A stretch of DNA of 32,000 nucleotides from Sedimentisphaera cyanobacteriorum (GTDB lineage Bacteria; Planctomycetota; Phycisphaerae; Sedimentisphaerales; Sedimentisphaeraceae). Shown here one piece after another: positions 25,503-32,000 of this stretch. Below the pieces are notes generated by a model that saw nothing but the letters and a program-made list of their open reading frames with translations, did not search any database and was not told the DNA's origin. A program made the position numbers and the translations under genes. Position 1 is the stretch's first letter; each line of letters opens with the position of its first letter. The stretch spans positions 120,001 through 152,000 of the forward strand of contig NZ_CP019633.1 of the NCBI RefSeq assembly GCF_001997385.1, given 5' to 3'.

Positions 25503-26588
25503 ATGATGGATTATGCAGTAATTATGGCGGGTGGTTCAGGAACGAGGCTTTGGCCTTTAAGCCGAAAGGACAGACCCAAGCAGATAATTGATATCTTCGG
25601 AGGCGAAACCCTCCTGAGGAAGGCCTTCGAAAGGCTTCTGCCGGTTTTTGAGCCAAAAAAGATTTTAGTCCAAACAAATGATGCGCATACAAAGAAGGTA
25701 AAGAAGATTCTTCCTGAGGTCCCGAAAAAAAACATTATCGGCGAGCCGTATATGCGAAATACAGCCGGAGCTGTAGGGTTGGCCGCTTCTTTTATTGCCG
25801 ATAGAGATTCTGATGCTTCTATGACTGTAGTTACAGCAGACCATATCATCGAGCCTCAGGATAAATTTACCCAAACACTCAGCGAAGCGGTTCAGTTTGT
25901 CAACGACAATCCGGAAAATCTTATCACTTTCGGAATTACCCCGACATACCCAAGCACTCAGTACGGCTATATCAGGCTCGGCAAGAAAACACCTTACGAC
26001 GGCAGCGAGGTTTACAAGGTTGAAAGTTTTCAAGAAAAGCCTGATGCCGCAAAGGCGGAGGACTATCTGGAAAGCGGAAATTATCTCTGGAATTCAGGGA
26101 TGTTTGTTTGGAAAGCGCAGGCGATTCTAAGCAGTCTTTATCACTATCTGCCGGACTGCAAGAAGCCGCTTAAGAAAATTCAGAAAAAGATCGGCTCAAA
26201 GAGGCAGGATGAAGTAATAGAAGAGCGGTTCAAAGAAGTGCCAAAGATAAGCATAGATTATGCTGTAATGGAAAAGAGCCCTTCGGTCTATTCTATCAAA
26301 TTAGACTGCGACTGGCTCGATATGGGTTCTTACAATGCCTTGACGGATCTGATAAATCAGGACAGCGATAATAATGCCCTTGCGGGGAATACCCCTGAGC
26401 TTATCGATTGTTCGAATAACATCATTATAAATCAGGATGATAACCATACGATAGCAGGGATCGGCGTTGAGAATATGGTTGTAGCTCACACTGAGGATGT
26501 AACCTTTATATGCCCGAGAGAAAAATGCGGGGATATAAAGGAAATGATTGAGCAGGTTCGCAAAAATAAAGGCGAAAAACTGCTTTAG
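25503..26588 (+). CDS. manC: Mannose-1-phosphate guanylyltransferase (NTP-transferase domain only, no PMI/cupin domain)
   Basis: IMAGGSGTRLWPLSRKDRPKQ nucleotide-binding loop, VVTADHII, FGITPTYPSTQYGYI, YLWNSGMFVW, ISIDYAVMEK. Confidence 0.85.
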   Translation: MMDYAVIMAGGSGTRLWPLSRKDRPKQIIDIFGGETLLRKAFERLLPVFEPKKILVQTNDAHTKKVKKILPEVPKKNIIGEPYMRNTAGAVGLAASFIADRDSDASMTVVTADHIIEPQDKFTQTLSEAVQFVNDNPENLITFGITPTYPSTQYGYIRLGKKTPYDGSEVYKVESFQEKPDAAKAEDYLESGNYLWNSGMFVWKAQAILSSLYHYLPDCKKPLKKIQKKIGSKRQDEVIEERFKEVPKISIDYAVMEKSPSVYSIKLDCDWLDMGSYNALTDLINQDSDNNALAGNTPELIDCSNNIIINQDDNHTIAGIGVENMVVAHTEDVTFICPREKCGDIKEMIEQVRKNKGEKLL

Positions 26589-26600
26589 CTGTCAGGCTGT

Positions 26601-28679
26601 TTAGGCAAGGTTTCTCTGGAAGTTGAACTTGTAAGCTTTTTTTTCTGTAAAGGGAAGACCTCTTCTAAGCCGGTTTACTGCATCTTTCAGTTTGGCAGGG
26701 TCTTTGATTCCGGCAAGGTCTGCTGAGAACCTTCTCACCATTATGCCTCTATCTTCACAGCCGAGAATAGAATAAGGGTCTTGAGATCTGAGTATTGTGT
26801 TTTCGCTTGAGGGCTCGAGCCTCAGCCTTATTCCTCTTTCGTCCTCAAGAGTTTGCCCTTTTAAAGCCTTTTCATCAATTTCCGCACGCGTAATCCCGAG
26901 GCAGGGGAAGCCGCTTACTGTCAGCGAAAGGGGCAGGGGGCTGGCCTGAGAGAGCTCTCTGATTTTTCTTTTGTCTGCCTCTATGCTTATAAAGGCCTCT
27001 TTTGCACCAATATTTTTCAGGGCCATCGCTGCGGTATGGTTCAGTATCATAAGCCCCGGGCCGGCAGTGAATTCAGCGCCGGCTTCAAGAGCTATTTCCA
27101 GTCCCGCCCAGCTGTTAACCTCAAGAGTAATTCCGTTAGTTTTAGCCTTTTCTGCGAGGGTTTTGAAGTATTCGATTCTGTCTTCGTAAAACACATGCGG
27201 CATAGCAGCGATCCAGTTTTTACGAAGCGAGGAAATTTTCCCAAGCTCCACATTCTCCACAACCACCTGCTCAAATGAGTACAGGCTCCCTGCTACCTGT
27301 TTGGCGCAGGGGTAATCTGCTCTAAGCGAATTTACCTTGGCGGTGCGGGTGAGGGGAAATTTGTTCTCTTTGATTCGACCGAAGGCTTTGATGGTGTCTT
27401 TTGCCTGCTCTCTGAGGTGGATGCGTATTGTATAATCGTGGGCTTTCTTCTGCCTTTGGTGGAAGATTCTGCTGAGCTCCTCGGCCAGCGAGTTTGCTGT
27501 CTTTTTGGAGTACAGCCTTTCCGGTTCATCGAATTCGATACCTGCAAACTCTGCGTTTTGATAATTCTGCGTTGCAAGAAGGTAAGCTATATTTTCCGCA
27601 TTTACACCGCGCTTAGCTTTTTTTACAGCTGTAAGCGGCAGGCGGATTTGCTCTTTTTCTTCTTCGCTTATTTTCACCTCTGCTTCAAACTTCCCGTTCG
27701 CAGTGGATACCGCCACAGTGAAGAATTCTTTGCCGCTTTCAGCGTTCTGTTTGCATTCGTCTTCAATGTCTATGCTGGACTCGCTGGGGATTCTGCCGCC
27801 TTCCCCGCAGAGCCCTTTTGTTTGTCCGTCGAAATAGCCTGCTGCCTGCTTTCTGCCTGTATAGTCGGAAAGCTCATTATGGATTTCGCCTTCAGTTTCT
27901 CCATCCAGCGCTCTTCTAAAAACCTGTACTGTTTTGTAAACCCATTCAGGCTTTTTCAGACGCCCCTCAATTTTTATGCAGCTTACTCCGGCCTTTCTAA
28001 TCTTTTCAAGCCTTTCAATAAGGCTCAAATCGTGCATTGAAAGCCGCTGGAGTTCAGCTCCGCTTGAATCTTTCCAGAGAACTCTGCAGGGGCTTGTGCA
28101 GGTGCCTCTGTTTCCGCTGCGTCCGCCTGCCCAGCTGCTAAGAAGGCATTTCCCCGAAACGCAGAAACACATTGCTCCCTGAACAAACACCTCCGTTTCC
28201 ACAGAATCCGGTTTTGAGGCTGCTGTTATCTCTTCTTCGCTGAGCTCTCTTGCTAAAACCGCTCTTTTTATCCCCGCTCTGCGGGCGAATTCAACGCCCT
28301 TTGAATTTTCGATCCCTGCCTGAGTGCTGAAGTGAAAATCAAGCTCAGGAAAACTCCCTGCCAGCTCGAAGAACATTGGGTCAGTTACCAGAACAGCATC
28401 GACCCCCGCTTCAGCTGCGAGCTCTAATGCCCTTGCAGCCTGTCCGGTTTCTCTGAAAGAAACGTGCGTATTTAGCGTGAGGTAGGTCTTTGCGCCCTCA
28501 GAGCGTGCGTACCGGCAGGCTTCTTTAAGTTCTTCAGCGCTGAAGTTGCCTGCACCCTTTCTTGCGTTGAGCGTTTTGAGCCCAAGATAAACAGCATCAG
28601 CTCCCGCACTGAGAGCCGATTTAAGGCAGTCAAAATTACCCGCGGGTGCGAGCAGTTCTAGTTTTTTTTCTTTGTTCAT
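26601..28679 (-). CDS. U32-family protein ('peptidase U32'; probable Fe-S hydroxylase-type enzyme), long form ~692 aa
   Basis: LELLAPAGNFDCLKSALSAGADAVYLG, TYLTLN, VLVTDP. The Cys cluster C-x6-C-x15-C-x3-C was counted in AMCFCVSGKCLLSSWAGGRSGNRGTCTSPC. The start is taken at MNKEKKLELLAP (28679), whose ATG overlaps the upstream gene's stop (ATGA). Confidence 0.85.
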   Translation of the reverse strand: MNKEKKLELLAPAGNFDCLKSALSAGADAVYLGLKTLNARKGAGNFSAEELKEACRYARSEGAKTYLTLNTHVSFRETGQAARALELAAEAGVDAVLVTDPMFFELAGSFPELDFHFSTQAGIENSKGVEFARRAGIKRAVLARELSEEEITAASKPDSVETEVFVQGAMCFCVSGKCLLSSWAGGRSGNRGTCTSPCRVLWKDSSGAELQRLSMHDLSLIERLEKIRKAGVSCIKIEGRLKKPEWVYKTVQVFRRALDGETEGEIHNELSDYTGRKQAAGYFDGQTKGLCGEGGRIPSESSIDIEDECKQNAESGKEFFTVAVSTANGKFEAEVKISEEEKEQIRLPLTAVKKAKRGVNAENIAYLLATQNYQNAEFAGIEFDEPERLYSKKTANSLAEELSRIFHQRQKKAHDYTIRIHLREQAKDTIKAFGRIKENKFPLTRTAKVNSLRADYPCAKQVAGSLYSFEQVVVENVELGKISSLRKNWIAAMPHVFYEDRIEYFKTLAEKAKTNGITLEVNSWAGLEIALEAGAEFTAGPGLMILNHTAAMALKNIGAKEAFISIEADKRKIRELSQASPLPLSLTVSGFPCLGITRAEIDEKALKGQTLEDERGIRLRLEPSSENTILRSQDPYSILGCEDRGIMVRRFSADLAGIKDPAKLKDAVNRLRRGLPFTEKKAYKFNFQRNLA

Positions 28680-29206
28680 TTCTCCAGCTCTTCTTCGTAT
28701 TCGCTTGAAATATTTTCTCGGCTGTTGGTATCTTGACTGGATTGGGGATTGAATCCGCCTAAAAATGTCAGCGCTGTTACAATCATCGCTGTACCGCATA
28801 CAAAAAGGAGTTTGCGGTTTTCCCCTTTATTGGCAAATCTAAGCCATTCCAAGCCGCTTTTGTCTGCCGTTTTTATATCTCCGAGCTCCTTGATTATCAT
28901 TTCAGCCTTCCGGCTGTCCTGCTCGCTTGGCTGGGGATAGGGGCTGGCTTTTTTGTAAATAATAAACATCTTGTCATGAAATACCTGCAAAAGTTTGGGG
29001 TCCCTTTTGAGCATTTCCATCTGAGACTGGCAAATAAATTTTTTCTCACGAAGCTTCTCAATCATTTTTTCAGATTCGATTAAAGTCTGCCTGTTCTGGA
29101 AATAAAGTTCTATCTCAGGCGCAGCATAGCTCAAAGAAAGGAACAAAAAGCCCCCTGCAATACAAATGCAAAACATAATTGTCTGTAGAAACCTGAAAAA
29201 ATCCAT
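28676..29206 (-). CDS. Small membrane protein with two terminal hydrophobic helices and a central coiled coil (tentatively FtsB/DivIC-like)
   Basis: 176 aa. N-terminal MFCICIAGGFLFLSLSYA and C-terminal LLFVCGTAMIVTALTFLGGF are hydrophobic. The central EKMIEKLREKK...MEMLKRDPKLLQ is loosely reminiscent of septum-formation-initiator proteins. The stop overlaps the U32 start. Confidence 0.5.
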   Translation of the reverse strand: MDFFRFLQTIMFCICIAGGFLFLSLSYAAPEIELYFQNRQTLIESEKMIEKLREKKFICQSQMEMLKRDPKLLQVFHDKMFIIYKKASPYPQPSEQDSRKAEMIIKELGDIKTADKSGLEWLRFANKGENRKLLFVCGTAMIVTALTFLGGFNPQSSQDTNSRENISSEYEEELEK

Positions 29207-29404
29207 TTTGCTCTCACTAGCCTGCTTCTTGAGATATCTTTATCGGGCTGATTATATTCATAGTCTTCAAAATTTGCATATAATTTTGCTTTTAGATTCC
29301 TGCCAAAGCAATTTTTTTTCTTAAATCTGAGCCCTAAAAACATATAATGGCCTGAAATTTAATCTCTTCTGCAGAAAACTCCGAAAAAATTTTGCAGAAA
29401 GTTA

Positions 29405-29434
29405 GTAAAGTTTTTAATTAGTTGAAAACTTTAC
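29405..29434. repeat. Perfect 10-bp inverted repeat GTAAAGTTTT-N10-AAAACTTTAC (candidate operator)
   Basis: Read directly. It lies in the ~500-bp intergenic region, about 140 bp upstream of the predicted promoter of the export/exosortase genes. Confidence 0.35.
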
Positions 29435-29575
29435 AAAAAGCTCAAGACCGGCTTAATAATTGATTTATCGCCCTTTTTCTGAATTACAAGATGCGCAGCT
29501 TTTAGCCGGCAGGAGATGGAAAAGGAAATTAGCATATTGCTTTACGGCAGGGTTTTAATGTTGAATAAAATTAAA

Positions 29576-29604
29576 TTGACAATACAAGTAATTTTTGCCA
29601 TAAT
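29576..29604 (+). promoter_or_regulatory. Near-consensus sigma70-type promoter: -35 TTGACA, 17-bp spacer, extended -10 TGcCATAAT
   Basis: TTGACA at 29576-29581, spacer 29582-29598 (17 nt, ending TGC), CATAAT at 29599-29604. This is ~97 bp upstream of the ATG at 29701. It assumes E. coli-like sigma70 specificity in this organism. Confidence 0.5.
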
Positions 29605-29700
29605 CCCGCACTCACCGCTTAGGCGGTCTTGAGGTGTAAAATTCGTTTAGAAGAGTGATTAGCTCTTGTTCGCTTTTATGATATATTTTATTAAAGGTTT

Positions 29701-31227
29701 ATGATGCATAGAAAGGCGTTGATTTTCTCAGCGGCTGCTCTTGGAATACTCTTTTCAGGCGGTTGCCGTAATAAGTTTTGGGATCCAACCCAGATAGGAA
29801 GGTTCAGGCCTGTACCTGTCCAGCACGTAATACTTGATTCTCTTGGACTTGCCGAGGAAGAACCTGAAAGGTTTGTTCAGACAGAATCGCCCAAGCCCGA
29901 GGATGTAGTAACTTATATGGACGATTATGCTCTGCATCCAGGAGATGTGGTGCGCGTGAATATATATGAGCTGCTTGAGGAGAGGTCTCCTTATATTGAA
30001 GACCTCACAGTTTCAGAGAGCGGCAGAATCTCGATTCCTGAGGTTGGTGTCGTGGAAGCTGAAGGTTACACAGAGCACGAACTTGAATCTGAGCTCAAGC
30101 AGATTTTATCCCCTGATATCTTAAAAACTCCAGTAGTCAAAGTTTCACTAATTTCTTCTGATTACAGGTCTTTTTCTGTTCTCGGAACAGGACTTCTCTC
30201 AAATGTAGCAGGGGGGCGATATCTTGTTCCGCGAGGCGGAGATTTCAGACTGCTTGATGCCCTCGCAACAGCGGGAGGGTGTAATGAGTTCAATGTTACA
30301 AACATCTACATTACACGTCAGCTTTCTGAAGACGAGATCGCGCAGAGAGCGGAAACTCAGTATGCACCGCCGGGAGTAGAGATCCCGGGTGTTTCTTACC
30401 GTTCCCGAAGAGAAAAGAAGGTGGAAGAGGAAGAGATAGACTTCAAAAAGGCCGAAGAAGAGCTCTTGAGGCTCATTGCTCCCGCTGAACTGCCTGTGCT
30501 TTCATTCGCTGAAGGAGACGGGAATTCGGAAAATATTGAGTGGGTTTTCAAGAACGGACGATGGGTTCCTGTTGAGAAAGATGCCTCCGGCGAGGAGAAA
30601 GAAACTGAAGTGGTCGTTGGAGATCAGCAGCAAGCTCAAGAACAGCAGCAGGCCGAACAGCAGCAGACAGAATCGGACGAAAGCGTTCGGGATTCGCTGC
30701 CTGAAGGTTATGTTGAGGACCAGGAGAACCCTGTGAGGTATATGGTCAGGGTTATTGAAGTACCGTGGAAGGCTCTTCGAAAGGGAGACCCGCGGTACAA
30801 TATAGTGATCAAGCCTGGCGATGTGATTACAGTACCTTCAGACAGAATCGGCGAATGCGTTGTAATGGGCAATGTAAATCAGCCTGGATACGTTACTCTC
30901 AGCGGAAGACCTATGACTCTTATGCAGGCTGTAGCTGCCGCAGGCGGCCTTGGCCAGCTCGCTGAGCCTGAAAATGTTGAGGTAAGAAGGCGAATCGGCA
31001 AAGACCATGAAGAAATTGTTATGGTTAATCTCGATAAGATCGCAAGCGGGCAGCAGCCGGATTTCTACATAAAACGTGACGATACGATTAATGTAGGAAC
31101 AAGCGATGTGAGCTACTGGCTCTATGTGCTGAGAAATGCATTCACCGCAAACTACGGCTTCAGCTTCGATTACAGCAGGATTTACCGTACTGGTGAATAC
31201 GATTACGACTACAATTATAACAGGTAA
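29701..31227 (+). CDS. Outer-membrane polysaccharide export (OPX, Wza-like) lipoprotein with a large acidic/Gln-rich insertion
   Basis: Signal peptide ending in the lipobox-like FSGGC. LHPGDVVRVNIYE...LTVSESGRISIPEVGVVEAEGYTEHELESELKQIL matches the Poly_export domain. IKPGDVITVP and RDDTINV are SLBB-type repeats. Confidence 0.8.
   Translation: MMHRKALIFSAAALGILFSGGCRNKFWDPTQIGRFRPVPVQHVILDSLGLAEEEPERFVQTESPKPEDVVTYMDDYALHPGDVVRVNIYELLEERSPYIEDLTVSESGRISIPEVGVVEAEGYTEHELESELKQILSPDILKTPVVKVSLISSDYRSFSVLGTGLLSNVAGGRYLVPRGGDFRLLDALATAGGCNEFNVTNIYITRQLSEDEIAQRAETQYAPPGVEIPGVSYRSRREKKVEEEEIDFKKAEEELLRLIAPAELPVLSFAEGDGNSENIEWVFKNGRWVPVEKDASGEEKETEVVVGDQQQAQEQQQAEQQQTESDESVRDSLPEGYVEDQENPVRYMVRVIEVPWKALRKGDPRYNIVIKPGDVITVPSDRIGECVVMGNVNQPGYVTLSGRPMTLMQAVAAAGGLGQLAEPENVEVRRRIGKDHEEIVMVNLDKIASGQQPDFYIKRDDTINVGTSDVSYWLYVLRNAFTANYGFSFDYSRIYRTGEYDYDYNYNR
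30625..30672 (+). repeat. CAG/CAA-rich low-complexity tract encoding QQQAQEQQQAEQQQTE inside the OPX gene
   Basis: Read directly: cagcagcaagctcaagaacagcagcaggccgaacagcagcagacagaa. Confidence 0.7.
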
Positions 31228-31250
31228 TTCTTTAGGCTGATTTAAAAGCG

Positions 31251-32000
31251 ATGGCAGAAAAAGTTAAATATTCTTGGGCATCCTTAGGGAGCCTCTTTTA
31301 TCTAAAGACGGCAGTCCTGACTGCGCTTTTTGTTCTGCTTTTTTGGAACAACATTGAGGATATGGTTCGGGTATGGATGAAAGACCCGAGCTGGTCTCAC
31401 GGTTTTCTGATTCCGCTTTTCAGTTTGTATCTGATAAATCAGAGAAAAGAAGAACTGCTTTCAAAGAAGGCCTCGCCCTCTTTTTTAGGCGTTTTGGCCT
31501 TGGCTGCTATACTTGCAGTATATATCTTCAATATCGTACAAATAAGATACGCCTACGGCGAGCCTGTGCTTATGATAGCTGCCTTGGGGGCGGTAGTCCT
31601 CGCTGTCTGCGGCTGGAGGATGATTTATCATCTCTGGCTTCCGGTGGCATTTTTGATCTTTGCAGTTCCGATCCCTACAAGGCTCTACAGAGAGCTCACA
31701 ATGCCTATGAGAATGATAGCCTCTCAGGTTACTACTGCTTTCCTCAATGCTATTCCCGCAATAGATGCCACGGTTAGAGGTGTTATTATTGAGGTTACCT
31801 ACAAAGGGGTGCCTCTTGAAACTGCTCTCAACGTGGCAGATGCATGCAGCGGGATGAGGCTTATGATGGCTTTTCTTGCTCTCGGTGTGGCTATGGCTTA
31901 TATACACAGCAGGCCGATATGGCAGAAAGCAACCCTTATAGCTTCTATTATACCGATTGCTATACTGTGCAATATAATTCGTGTTACATTTACAGCTTTT
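31251..32000 (+). CDS. Exosortase (EpsH/Xrt family), 3'-partial, runs off the window
   Basis: Not in the supplied ORF track because it has no stop in the window. I translated 250 codons from ATG 31251 with no stop. The product is polytopic: MAEKVKYSW...DPSWSHGFLIPLFSLYL (N-terminal SHG motif), NVADACSGMRLMM (conserved catalytic Cys-x-G-x-R block) and IIPIAILCNIIRV (conserved Arg block). Confidence 0.85.
   Translation, partial: MAEKVKYSWASLGSLFYLKTAVLTALFVLLFWNNIEDMVRVWMKDPSWSHGFLIPLFSLYLINQRKEELLSKKASPSFLGVLALAAILAVYIFNIVQIRYAYGEPVLMIAALGAVVLAVCGWRMIYHLWLPVAFLIFAVPIPTRLYRELTMPMRMIASQVTTAFLNAIPAIDATVRGVIIEVTYKGVPLETALNVADACSGMRLMMAFLALGVAMAYIHSRPIWQKATLIASIIPIAILCNIIRVTFTAF

Noticed and set aside
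31373-31907. Track ORFs 31373..31777 (+, 134 aa) and 31485..31907 (-, 140 aa)
   Set aside because: Both overlap the frame starting at 31251, which encodes a convincing exosortase (SHG, ACSGMR and conserved Arg blocks) and is open to the window end. The listed ORFs have no membrane-protein character or motifs.
1-32000. CRISPR arrays, tRNA, rRNA, tmRNA, integrase/att sites
   Set aside because: I saw no regularly spaced direct repeats, no cloverleaf-compatible segments (for example GGTTCGAAT-type T-loops) in the intergenic regions, and no integrase ORF. This was a by-eye scan only; tRNAscan-SE, Infernal and a CRISPR finder would be definitive.

Overview
Bacterial chromosomal window, mostly housekeeping genes with a few accessory insertions. 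The gene content (exosortase plus a Wza-like exporter, large secreted multidomain glycoside hydrolases with a dockerin-like module, IS30) suggests a polysaccharide-degrading, possibly PVC/Planctomycetota-like organism. I cannot verify the taxon. Layout: a 5'-partial GH51/GH43 fusion hydrolase and an orphan SagB-type dehydrogenase. Then a long minus-strand run, listed by coordinate: hisS, cupin, an AT-rich two-gene islet (FRG-domain protein plus a 141-aa orphan), parA-like, nusB, ribH, hisI, aconitase-family hydratase, carA, carB. After that come a GT4 glycosyltransferase, an AlkP-superfamily/EEP double phosphoesterase, an AT-rich clan GH-D-like hydrolase, an intact IS30-family transposase, rnpA, a ptsN-like EIIA, a manC-like gene, a U32 Fe-S enzyme translationally coupled to a small membrane protein, and the start of an exopolysaccharide/exosortase locus. 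The exosortase is 3'-partial and is missing from the supplied ORF track because it has no stop in the window. I found no rRNA, tRNA or CRISPR array by eye. The best candidate for something undescribed is the FRG-domain plus 141-aa cassette at about 6.0-7.4 kb, a compositionally foreign pair wedged into a housekeeping gene string. The second candidate is the membrane-associated AlkP-EEP fusion next to GT4. Neither is proven, because all functional calls rest on motif recognition by eye without database searches.
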